From assembly GCA_032250835.1 (NCBI GenBank), contig JAVVEA010000026.1, positions 1 to 23,389 on the forward strand: a stretch of 23,389 nt of DNA, given 5' to 3'. A program made the position numbers and the translations under genes. Shown here piece after piece: positions 14,740 through 23,091 of this stretch. The notes below the pieces were generated by a model. It ran no database searches and was not told the DNA's origin. It worked only from the letters and a program-made list of their open reading frames with translations. The DNA comes from a bacterium (lineage in GTDB: Bacteria > SAR324 > XYD2-FULL-50-16). Positions within the stretch are counted from its first letter, which is position 1; each line of letters begins with the position of its first letter.

Positions 14740-15795
14740 ATGGAATCCAGCCGGCCCAATAAAATTGCTACTTGGCTTAGCCACCCCTTGGCTATCTTGT
14801 TGATTATCGGGGCCTTGCCCTTTGGATTTCTGGTCTTCCGCATCTTACCTAGCGCGAGTGCTTCGATTTCCGCTGGCAGTCTTGTGTTTGTCGCTTTGCT
14901 TGCTTGGTGTGGCTGGAAGCTCCCGTTAAAGGGCCTTTGGGTAGCCCTGGCGTTGGTGTTGCCGCTCTACTATTTCGCTTGCGTGGGCTTTGCCGATGCG
15001 GAGCATTTCGAAAAGCGCGCCGCTGTGGCCAAGTTTGAATCCCAAATGGGGGCCTCAGGCGACTTCTTGATGGGTACGGATTACGAAGGCCGTGATATTT
15101 TGGCTACCTTAGTGATTGGCGGAAAACACGCCTACTTGGTGGCCATCTACACCTGCCTGACGGCGCTCTTGTTGGGCGTGCCCATGGGCCTCTTACTGAC
15201 CGCTGAAAACCTCATAGCGCGCAACTTGGCCTTTTGGGTCACCCAGTTTTTTGAGATCGTCCCCCAGCTCTTTTTTGTTTTGATCGTCTTGGGCGTCTAT
15301 AACTTCTGGGCCGCCGAAGCGGCTGGCGAAAGGCTACAGACCGCCTACGCGCTCCCGATTGCGGGCTTTGCCATCGGCCTTTCTTCGCTGCCTTCCATAG
15401 CCCGGATCTTAGAAAACCGTCTCTTGCAGCTCAAGGCGGAGCGTTTTGTTACCGCGCTGCGCAGCACCAACGTCTCTGAGACCAAAATCCTCTTTTATAA
15501 CCTACTCTGGAAGAACTGCATCTCCGAGATCGTGGTGCAGACCACCTTCTTGTTTGGTTCGGCTTTGCTGCTCGAATCGGCCCTGAGCTTCGCTTTTGAG
15601 ATCGGCTTCGGTGACTTGGGCACCGGCGGTTACCTCTCTTGGGGTAAACTGCTGGCCGAATCGCGCCGTTCGATCCTCTTCGCCGAGAAGGTTTGGATCG
15701 TGATCCCGCCGATCGTGGCTACGGTGATCAGCATCTTAGGCGTCAATTACCTGGGCGACCAACTGGCCCGCCGCATCCGCAAGGAGGCCCGGTGA
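14740..15795 (+). CDS. ABC transporter permease, OppC/DppC-like, with extra N-terminal TM helices
   Basis: MGTDYEGRDIL (GTD..GRD motif), ESALSF, SWG.LL....R......W....P, G.N.LGD.L motifs. Confidence 0.88.
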   Translation: MESSRPNKIATWLSHPLAILLIIGALPFGFLVFRILPSASASISAGSLVFVALLAWCGWKLPLKGLWVALALVLPLYYFACVGFADAEHFEKRAAVAKFESQMGASGDFLMGTDYEGRDILATLVIGGKHAYLVAIYTCLTALLLGVPMGLLLTAENLIARNLAFWVTQFFEIVPQLFFVLIVLGVYNFWAAEAAGERLQTAYALPIAGFAIGLSSLPSIARILENRLLQLKAERFVTALRSTNVSETKILFYNLLWKNCISEIVVQTTFLFGSALLLESALSFAFEIGFGDLGTGGYLSWGKLLAESRRSILFAEKVWIVIPPIVATVISILGVNYLGDQLARRIRKEAR

Positions 15796-17426
15796 GCGAA
15801 AAACGCCCGATTTTAGAGGTCAAGAACCTGACCCTCGGCCTCAAGAAACAGACGCTTGAGGTGGTCAAAGACATCTCCTTTAAGATCATGCCCGGCGAAA
15901 CGGTGGCCCTTCTGGGCGAATCCGGCGCGGGCAAGAGCACGCTCTTTAAAGCGATCTTGCAGCTCCTTAAAAACAGCGACTGGCAAGGGCAAGGCAGCAT
16001 CCAGATCGATGGGCGCGAGGTGATGGGCCTGCACCCGAAGGAACTCGAAAGCCTGCGTGGCCAGTTGGTCCGCTGCATCTTGCAAGAGCCCGCCTTGGTG
16101 CTCAACCCTTCTTTAAAGGTAGACCGGCAATTGGCCGAGGCTATTTTGGTCACCGAACCGGGCATTGAGCCTGCGGTGGTTGACGCCCGTATGCACGAGA
16201 CGCTACGGCTCTCGGGCTTAGACCCCCAGCTAGTGCTGGGTCGGTTTCCCGGCGACTTGAGCGGCGGCCAGCGCCAACGGGTCGGGGTGGCCATGAGCCT
16301 ATGCGCCGCTTCTCCTTTGTTGCTCGCCGACGAGCCTTCAAACTCGCTGGACTCGGTGACGGTCTATGAATTAGTCCAAACGCTACTTAAGCTCAAGGAT
16401 ACCGGGCACATCGGCGCTTTGTTGATTGTCACCCATGACCTCGGCGTGCTCAAGGCCTTAAACTGCCAGCGGGTCTTGTTCATGGACGATGGCCACCTGT
16501 ATGAGGCCGGTTCGATCCAAAACGTGGTCGCCAATCCGGTGCACCCGAAACTGGCCGAGATCGTCTCGTTGATGAACGTGATCGACCAGCTAGAACGCCA
16601 AACGCCCCACGACGCCGACCATGAAGCCCCATTGGTAGACGGACGAGGCCTCAACTTCGGTTACCGTACCCGTAGTTTTTTAAAGCGCGGTAAGACCCAA
16701 GCACTGCACAGCGTCGACTTCCAATTGGCCAAAAATGAGTTTGTCGCACTGGTGGGCAACTCGGGCTCGGGCAAGTCCACGCTAGGCAAATTGGTGACCC
16801 GTGAGCTGATGGAATTTGAGGGTTCCTTGAGTTTTAACGGCAAGGAATTAGGGCCCAAAGAGCGGCCCACTTCGGAATTTAGACGTCAGGTCCAGACCAT
16901 CTTCCAAGAACCGGCCGACACCTTCGACCCCTCGTTGACCATGGGCGAGAACATGGCCGAAAGTTTTTCGGCCATGGGCGTCACTAATCTAGAATTAGAA
17001 GGGATTTTTGACGAGTTGCTGGACCAGTTACTGCTCGACCGGCGGATGTTAGGCGAGCTACCCGGCAACCTAAGTGGCGGCCAAAAGCAGCGCTTTGCGC
17101 TGATGCGGGCCTTCGGCAGCCACCCGAAACTATTGCTCGCCGATGAGCCCTTTAACAACCTGGACCTAATCGCTCAGCAGCGCCTGATCGAACTTTTGTT
17201 GACCCGCAAGGCGGACCAGCAAAGCCCCTTAAGTTGCATCCTGATCTCACACGACATCGGGGTGGTTTCAAAACTTTGCGAGCGGGTCTTTGTGGTTTCT
17301 CGCGGGCGGATTGTCGAATCTGGACCGGTGGAACAGGTCATCCAGGACCCAACCCATGAAGCCACCAAACGCCTTATTCAAGCGGCTCGTGCTTTAGGTA
17401 GCATCGAGTCGAACACCGGGCTTTAA
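15792..17426 (+). CDS. ABC transporter ATP-binding protein with two fused NBDs (OppD/F-, YejF/GsiA-like)
   Basis: Walker A GESGAGKS and GNSGSGKS; signatures LSGGQRQR and LSGGQKQR; LLLADEP twice; THDL and SHDI H-loops. Start GTG 15792 with an AAGGAGG RBS at 15781-15787, overlapping the upstream TGA. Confidence 0.93.
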   Translation: MSEKRPILEVKNLTLGLKKQTLEVVKDISFKIMPGETVALLGESGAGKSTLFKAILQLLKNSDWQGQGSIQIDGREVMGLHPKELESLRGQLVRCILQEPALVLNPSLKVDRQLAEAILVTEPGIEPAVVDARMHETLRLSGLDPQLVLGRFPGDLSGGQRQRVGVAMSLCAASPLLLADEPSNSLDSVTVYELVQTLLKLKDTGHIGALLIVTHDLGVLKALNCQRVLFMDDGHLYEAGSIQNVVANPVHPKLAEIVSLMNVIDQLERQTPHDADHEAPLVDGRGLNFGYRTRSFLKRGKTQALHSVDFQLAKNEFVALVGNSGSGKSTLGKLVTRELMEFEGSLSFNGKELGPKERPTSEFRRQVQTIFQEPADTFDPSLTMGENMAESFSAMGVTNLELEGIFDELLDQLLLDRRMLGELPGNLSGGQKQRFALMRAFGSHPKLLLADEPFNNLDLIAQQRLIELLLTRKADQQSPLSCILISHDIGVVSKLCERVFVVSRGRIVESGPVEQVIQDPTHEATKRLIQAARALGSIESNTGL

Positions 17427-17437
17427 GGCCCTTTTTT
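17418..17437 (+). terminator. Weak candidate intrinsic terminator overlapping the ATPase stop codon
   Basis: GGGCT-TTAA-GGCCC followed by T6; the stem is only 5 bp including one G-U. Confidence 0.3.
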
Positions 17438-17482
17438 ATCCAAAGCCCTTTGGGCCAATTTAATGAACTCGTGGAGAGAACG

Positions 17483-18634
17483 ATGATGGCAAAACCGAAA
17501 TCGAAGCGACTGAACCGAAACCTAGCTTGGCTGTTGACGCTGAGCTTATTTTTGGCCAGTTGCGCCACCCCAATGTCTCGCGGCTGGGAGCATTTTTCAA
17601 AAGCCGAGTGGGATAAGGCCCGTGCCGAATGGTCCCAATCTAAAGAGCCGGACTTGACTAAAAAGGCCGACGCCGCCGAGAAGATGTTCGCCCTGCACGA
17701 AAAAGCAGAAGCCGCTGAAGCCAAAGGCCAAGAAGAAAGCGAAACCAAACTACGGTTGGCTATCTTAGCTCAGGACCAATGGCCCAAAGACGAGTGGACC
17801 AAAGGAAACAAAGAATTGGTGGCCATCCTGGCAAAAGCCCAGGACAAAAAGACCCAAATGACCGCCAAGTTGCAGGCTGCCTATGATGCAGGCATCAAAT
17901 GCGGCAAGGAAAACTTCATGGCCGACGAACATGAAAAAGCCTCGGAATGTTTCAAGTCAGCTCAGGCAGCCGAAGGCGCCTATAAGGGCATCGACTTGAA
18001 GACCGAAGACGTTTCCTTCATGATCGCTGCGGTCGATCAGGCCTTAGAGATCCAGCGCCAGATGGAAGAAGAACGCCGCGCTGCTGAAGCCGCCAAGGCT
18101 CGTTTCGAAGCCGAACAAAAGGCCCGGATCGAGGCCGCTATGGCCGCCGCACGTAGCGCACGCCAAGCTGAAGAGTTGAAGCGCCTAGAAGAAGAACGCG
18201 AACGCCAGCGGATCGAAGCCGAAAAGAAACGCCGCTGGATGGCTTTCTTATCTAAAGGCCACCCGCTCAAGCCGCTGGTAGCGACCGTGGGTATCCCCTC
18301 CGTCGGCACCGGAAAAATGACTAAAAAAGGCGAAGACAAGAAGTGGCAAGGTGGTGCTCAATTCCCGATCCTCAAGAAAAAAGGGATGCGCGCCGAAGAC
18401 CTGTTTGCCTTGGAGATCGTGGTTCCGCGCCAGCTTAAGGCCAACTACCTGCGCAACTACTCCAACTCTCGCGGCAGCATGTTGCAGTTCCCCCAAATCT
18501 CTGGCGACAACAAACATTATTATACCGAAGGCTACAAAGGCGGCCGCTTCTATACGGAAGTCGAGTCAGTCGTTGACGGCCCGGTGGATTATAAAGTTCA
18601 AGGCGTGATCTACAAGATCCCCGTAGTTCATTAA
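17483..18634 (+). CDS. Hypothetical lipoprotein (TPR-like helices, E/R/K/A-rich long helix, beta-rich C-terminal domain)
   Basis: GGAG RBS at 17473-17476 then ATG ATG; basic n-region, hydrophobic core and a canonical LAS-C lipobox; long uninterrupted ORF between ABC genes. Confidence 0.85.
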   Translation: MMAKPKSKRLNRNLAWLLTLSLFLASCATPMSRGWEHFSKAEWDKARAEWSQSKEPDLTKKADAAEKMFALHEKAEAAEAKGQEESETKLRLAILAQDQWPKDEWTKGNKELVAILAKAQDKKTQMTAKLQAAYDAGIKCGKENFMADEHEKASECFKSAQAAEGAYKGIDLKTEDVSFMIAAVDQALEIQRQMEEERRAAEAAKARFEAEQKARIEAAMAAARSARQAEELKRLEEERERQRIEAEKKRRWMAFLSKGHPLKPLVATVGIPSVGTGKMTKKGEDKKWQGGAQFPILKKKGMRAEDLFALEIVVPRQLKANYLRNYSNSRGSMLQFPQISGDNKHYYTEGYKGGRFYTEVESVVDGPVDYKVQGVIYKIPVVH

Positions 18635-18664
18635 TCCTGAAGCCCAACCTAAAGAGAAATAGAA

Positions 18665-20290
18665 ATGAGCAAAAACATTAAATTAGGCCTCATCGGCATT
18701 GTGGTGTTGGTTATCGCCATAGTCGGTTTTGTGGTCTACAAACAAAAGCAACATGCCGAGCTGGTCGAGAAGATCCAGCGCAAGACCAATATGATCGTCG
18801 CTTTGACCGAACTACCCGAGACGCTAAACCCCGTATTGGCGTCTAGCGAGTCGGCCATTACGGTCAACAACCTGATCTTTGACGGCTTGACCAACCTCAG
18901 CGGCGAGCGCATCGACCACTTCCAGTACGGCGGTGCCTTGGAACTGATCCAAGATGCTAAAGACAAAAAGGTCTATATGGTCACCGTCAATACCGACAAG
19001 GTATGGCATGACGATCCGGCGCACAAGCTGACCGCTGCCGACGTAGCCTTTACTTTTGAGGCCATTATCAACGAAGCCAACGATTCGCCGCTGCGCGGCC
19101 GGATCAGTCGCTTGATCAACAACGTGGAAGTCTTAGACGATGCCACCCTGCGCATCAATTTCCGTGAAGCCATCGCCCCGGCAAGGGTCGGTTGGGTATT
19201 GCCCTTTAAGTTGATCCCCGCGACCTATAAAGGCCAGCCGATGGGTAAAAACCTGAAAACCGATTCGGTGGCTCAGGAATTTTCCAAGGCTCCGATCGGC
19301 ACCGGCCGCTGGGCCTTTGTAAGCTGGAACGGTAACGATGTGATCCTACGCGACACCCAGATCGCCCCGATCGACTTAGACAACGCTACTGAGCAGACCT
19401 TGGCCGAAGCCAGCCAGCTCCACCAGATCACCTTCACTCAGGTGCGTGACCGTGAGAAGCAGGCCAAACTGCTGATGGACGGCAATATCGACCTAATGCT
19501 CAACTCCGATCCCGACTTGCACACCAAGTTAAGCGACGCGGGCTTGAAGCATGCCGATTATGTTCCCCATTACTTCTACGCTCTTTCTTTTAACACCAAG
19601 AAGGCACCCTTCGATAACGCCAATGTCCGCCGTGGCATCGCCATGTCGATCGACAAGGCCGAAGTCGCCGGTGCCGTTTGGAGCCAAGAGCCCGAGAAGT
19701 TCATCAACAAAGGCCCCTTCCCCCACAACTCAGAGCGGCAATACGAAAGCTTTGAGGAGATGAACCCCTTTAAGCCCGGCGTCGCTAAGAAGATGCTGAA
19801 AAAGGCCGAGGGAACCAAAGCTACCTTGATCTACCCTGAAGAAGCTTCGAACATGATGGAGCGTTTTTCCGGCAAGTTGGTTCAGTTCATCAACGAAGCA
19901 GGTTTACAGGTAGAGCCCAAGGCTTTAGGCCGCGCTTTCGAGACCCAGTTGCAAAACGGCAACTACGACGTAGCCCTAGTGCGCCACAGCGGCTTCACCC
20001 AGGGTTATGACATCAGCCCCTTGTTCTTTAGCAGCTCGCCGAAGAACATCTCCGGCTGGGGTAACGCTGGCTTCGACAAAACCTTACAAAAATGGCAAGA
20101 GACGGCCTTCTGGACCGAGAAATTGCCGTTGTCGAAGATCATCCACCAGGAACTTTCAAAAGAAAGCCCCTATGTCTTCTTGTTCACCCTGCCCACCCGC
20201 GCTTATTTCTCACCGCGCTTGGACAAGGTTCTGATTGCTGATCCTTCGGCGCTGCTCAACACAGCGTTCACCTGGACGGCAACTAAATAA
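18665..20290 (+). CDS. ABC transporter substrate-binding protein, family 5 (OppA/DppA/NikA-like), with an N-terminal membrane anchor
   Basis: P.TLNP, LIFDGL, WHD....LTAADVAFT, V..LDD.T.RI, PIGTG.W, FN....PF.N..VR..IA..IDK, E.PY..L motifs. Confidence 0.9.
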   Translation: MSKNIKLGLIGIVVLVIAIVGFVVYKQKQHAELVEKIQRKTNMIVALTELPETLNPVLASSESAITVNNLIFDGLTNLSGERIDHFQYGGALELIQDAKDKKVYMVTVNTDKVWHDDPAHKLTAADVAFTFEAIINEANDSPLRGRISRLINNVEVLDDATLRINFREAIAPARVGWVLPFKLIPATYKGQPMGKNLKTDSVAQEFSKAPIGTGRWAFVSWNGNDVILRDTQIAPIDLDNATEQTLAEASQLHQITFTQVRDREKQAKLLMDGNIDLMLNSDPDLHTKLSDAGLKHADYVPHYFYALSFNTKKAPFDNANVRRGIAMSIDKAEVAGAVWSQEPEKFINKGPFPHNSERQYESFEEMNPFKPGVAKKMLKKAEGTKATLIYPEEASNMMERFSGKLVQFINEAGLQVEPKALGRAFETQLQNGNYDVALVRHSGFTQGYDISPLFFSSSPKNISGWGNAGFDKTLQKWQETAFWTEKLPLSKIIHQELSKESPYVFLFTLPTRAYFSPRLDKVLIADPSALLNTAFTWTATK

Positions 20291-20302
20291 AGGAGCATTG
20301 CT

Positions 20303-21238
20303 ATGGGGTCTATTAGTGTCTTGGTCTTTCGGCGCTTCTTTTTGCGCCTGTTGTGGGTGGCTTTGCTCACCTCCTTCGGCATCCATCTGTTTTTGACGGC
20401 TCTGCCGGCCAAGCGTTTGGTAGACCCCAACGCTCGCTTTGATGACGCTGGTGCGGTTACCTACCGCAAATGGGATTTCAACCACTATTTAAAGTGGATT
20501 ACCGGAACCCTGACCGGCTCGATGCAGATCTCCGATCAAGGGAGCGGTAGTTGGGAACAAAAGGACTTTGCCATGCGGGTGACTAACAGCCTGCTGCTTT
20601 GCACCTTGGCCTTCCTGATCGCTGCGGCTCTGGGCATCGCTTTGGGGGTCTATCAGGCCTCTTTGAATTTTGAGCTGCTCTCCGGTCCGCCCGGCGGATT
20701 TGATGAGCAGCTCTCCAATATCTCGCGCTGGACGGTCTTTTTCTTTTCGTCCATGCCAGCCTATATTATCGCCTACTTGATGTTTTTAGGGATTTCCAGC
20801 CAGTCCAGCATGGCCTTCGCCGTGGTGGCCTTGGCTTTGGGCAGCGGCACCGCCATGGACGTCGCCCGGATGACCCAAAACACCCACGCAAGGCAGTTGC
20901 GCTCGCGCTATATCGAAAGCGCCATCGCCAACGGCCTCAAAACCCGAGGCCTGCTGCCGCGCCCCGGCTATGTCGGTTGGCACGCCTTCCGCAATAGTTT
21001 GATCACCATCTTGCCGGTAACGGCCATGCGCTTGCCACTGATCGTTAGTGCGGCGATGATGGTCGAAGTGGTCTTTGACCTGCCCGGTATGGGTGAGTCC
21101 CTTTTGGGCGCGCTGATCGGACAGGACGTCCCGCGCATCTTGAGCATTGTCTTGATTTCGGTGGTCTTCACCCAAGTCTGCCTCTTCTTGGCCGAATTCT
21201 TGGTGTTCCTATTGCACCCCAAGGCATTGACCAACTAA
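20303..21238 (+). CDS. ABC transporter permease, OppB/DppB-like
   Basis: Y..W....L.G, EAA-loop RYIESAIANGL....HAFRNSL, VE.VF.LPGMG..L..A....D.P motifs; AAGGAG RBS. Confidence 0.9.
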   Translation: MGSISVLVFRRFFLRLLWVALLTSFGIHLFLTALPAKRLVDPNARFDDAGAVTYRKWDFNHYLKWITGTLTGSMQISDQGSGSWEQKDFAMRVTNSLLLCTLAFLIAAALGIALGVYQASLNFELLSGPPGGFDEQLSNISRWTVFFFSSMPAYIIAYLMFLGISSQSSMAFAVVALALGSGTAMDVARMTQNTHARQLRSRYIESAIANGLKTRGLLPRPGYVGWHAFRNSLITILPVTAMRLPLIVSAAMMVEVVFDLPGMGESLLGALIGQDVPRILSIVLISVVFTQVCLFLAEFLVFLLHPKALTN

Positions 21239-21270
21239 AACCGACCGGCCCCGTTTCGGGGCCGATTCGG
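21237..21270 (-). terminator. Intrinsic terminator-like hairpin between convergent genes
   Basis: CGGCCCCG-TTT-CGGGGCCG (21246-21264) extended by CCGA/TCGG; AAAA at 21237-21240 gives a short U-tract on the minus-strand transcript. Confidence 0.6.
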
Positions 21271-21306
21271 GAGCCTCCTCCTGTCTCTTTTGCCCGCCTG
21301 GGCCAG

Positions 21307-21954
21307 CTAGCCCCGCGACATCCCCTCTAAAAACCAGCTGGCCGCTTGTTCCAAATGGCTCGAAAAGTCCGGCACCGCTAAGCCTAACTGCGGCTCCGCC
21401 GCGTAGACTTCTTTGATGATGGGCGCTTGGTCACAGGCAGGCCAAAGGCCCATGGCATAAAATAAAAGGTGGCTAATGAACCCAACGCCTTGCCCCGGCT
21501 TCATCCAACCCAACCGTTCTTCCACCTGACCGCCCAGAGCCAGCAAGCCCCGGTGCAGCGCCCACTTAAACTCTTGGGCTTTTTCGAAGGTGATGTTGTG
21601 CTCTAAGATTTGGTTGGTGATCACCAATAACTTCATCACCAAGCTATGCTCCGCTAGAAGCTCTGCGCTCACTTTGGGCAGAAGCCCCCAGTCTTCCATT
21701 GACGCGATCCGCAGGGCCCAAAGCTCTAATAGGTTGAGGGATTCGCGCAAGTGTAAGCTCAAGAAAAGCTCTTCTTTGGTCTTAAAGTAAAGATACAAAG
21801 TGCCCTTGACGATCCCTGCCTCTTGGGCGATTAGCTGGACCGACAGGGTTGCATAGTCCCTTTGGGCCATAAGTCTGGCGGCGCAATCTAAAATCTCTTG
21901 GCGTCGCTGGTCTTTTTGGTTCGTCCCCCGGGCCCGCTTAAACTCGGGACTCAA
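21307..21954 (-). CDS. TetR/AcrR-family transcriptional regulator
   Basis: FKRAR...QK..RR..IL..A, IA..AGI.KGTLYLYF.TKEELF helix-turn-helix. Likely TTG start at 21954 overlapping the upstream TGA (TTGA), with GGAG upstream. Confidence 0.92.
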   Translation of the reverse strand: MSPEFKRARGTNQKDQRRQEILDCAARLMAQRDYATLSVQLIAQEAGIVKGTLYLYFKTKEELFLSLHLRESLNLLELWALRIASMEDWGLLPKVSAELLAEHSLVMKLLVITNQILEHNITFEKAQEFKWALHRGLLALGGQVEERLGWMKPGQGVGFISHLLFYAMGLWPACDQAPIIKEVYAAEPQLGLAVPDFSSHLEQAASWFLEGMSRG

Positions 21955-23051
21955 GGCTTGGGCTCCATAAAGGGCCGCCACCAGCGTTCCTTCCCACCCA
22001 CATGGCCCGGATTGATCCGTTCGCCAAATTTAGGGGTCAGGTAGGCAATACCCGCTTGGTCGGCAGCGGCCACAAAGCGCTCGATGGGCTCATGCCAAGC
22101 AAACATGGCCAAATCGAAGGTACCCCAATGGCTGGGGACCAGAAGCTTGCCCCGGACCATTTGGTGCGCCTGGACCGCTTCTTCGGGGGTGCAGTGGATT
22201 TCCTTCCAGCCACGGTATTCGCCGTAGGCCCCCATTTCAAAAAAGGTGACGTCAAAGGGCCCCAACCGCTCACCGATTTCGACTAGGCCGGGATGAAAGC
22301 CCGTGTCGCCGCTAAGGTAGAGGCTGGTTTGCTCGCCTTTGATGGCATAAGAGGTCCAGAGCGTTTGGTCGCGGTTGAACAGGCTTCGGCCTGAGAAATG
22401 TTGCGCTGGGGCGGAGGTGAGGGTCAATCCTTCGAACCGGGCTGCTTCCCACCACGCCAACTCGGTAATCTGCTCAAGGGGCACCCCCCAATCCTCAAGA
22501 TAGCGCCCCACCGCCAGGGGCACAATGAACCGGTCGGTCTTGGAAATCAGCTTCTTGATCGAGGTTTCATCGAGGTGGTCAAAGTGGTCGTGGGTGATCA
22601 GCACCAGGTCGATAGGCGGCAATTGGTCTATCGTCAGGGGCAAGGTCGAAAAGCGCTGGGGGCTGAAGGGACCAAAAGCGCCTGCTTTCTGGGAAAACAT
22701 CGGGTCCGTTAAGATCCATTTGCCTTCGACCTGCAACAGGTACGTAGTGTGTCCTAGCCAAGCAAACTGAACGGGCAGGTCGCTGGGCCAAGTGGCCCAA
22801 TCTACCGGCTCCGCTTCAAAAGGCGGGTCTATGGAGCCGCCCTTGGGTTTGTTAAAAAAGAATTCCCAGGCCATCGAAACCATTTCCCCCATAGAGGGGT
22901 CCGGCGTGGGCACTGGGTTTTGGAAGCTTTTCCCGTTCCATTGGGGGCTGGCGTCGATTCGTTCTTGGCGCGTTGGGGGCTCTGCGTTGGCGGGCGCACA
23001 ACCGATGGATACAACACTCATAAAGACCAAGGCGAAGAGGGTTACTTTCAT
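21951..23051 (-). CDS. Metallo-beta-lactamase-fold hydrolase (RomA/NAPE-PLD-like), exported or lipoprotein
   Basis: WLGH.T, ILTDP.FS, THDHFDHLD (HxHxDH), PAQHFSGR, SGDTG, GAY....W..IH..PEEA, P.HWGTF motifs; N-terminal signal with Cys (SIG-C). Confidence 0.92.
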   Translation of the reverse strand: MKVTLFALVFMSVVSIGCAPANAEPPTRQERIDASPQWNGKSFQNPVPTPDPSMGEMVSMAWEFFFNKPKGGSIDPPFEAEPVDWATWPSDLPVQFAWLGHTTYLLQVEGKWILTDPMFSQKAGAFGPFSPQRFSTLPLTIDQLPPIDLVLITHDHFDHLDETSIKKLISKTDRFIVPLAVGRYLEDWGVPLEQITELAWWEAARFEGLTLTSAPAQHFSGRSLFNRDQTLWTSYAIKGEQTSLYLSGDTGFHPGLVEIGERLGPFDVTFFEMGAYGEYRGWKEIHCTPEEAVQAHQMVRGKLLVPSHWGTFDLAMFAWHEPIERFVAAADQAGIAYLTPKFGERINPGHVGGKERWWRPFMEPKP

Positions 23052-23064
23052 AGAAGCTCTGTTT

Positions 23065-23091
23065 GATTAATTGAACATAGTTCATTTAATC
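23065..23091. promoter_or_regulatory. Palindromic operator, probably for the downstream TetR regulator
   Basis: GATTAATTGAAC-ATA-GTTCATTTAATC: 11 of 12 arm positions pair; lies 14 bp upstream of the hydrolase start; a further half-site TTAAATGAAC at 23114-23123. Confidence 0.7.

Noticed and set aside
14300-14762. ORFs 14319-14762 (+) and 14300-14659 (-)
   Set aside because: No recognisable domain or RBS; they run through palindromes and A-tracts of a divergent promoter region.
21951-23051. Antibiotic-resistance metallo-beta-lactamase
   Set aside because: Motifs (PAQHFSGR, GAY..W, HWGTF) match the RomA/NAPE-PLD-like subfamily, not class B beta-lactamases.
570-23085. Numerous antisense and alternate-frame ORFs nested in the called genes (e.g. 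5079-5750, 11052-11624, 15743-16294)
   Set aside because: Shadows of strongly supported genes; no independent motifs.
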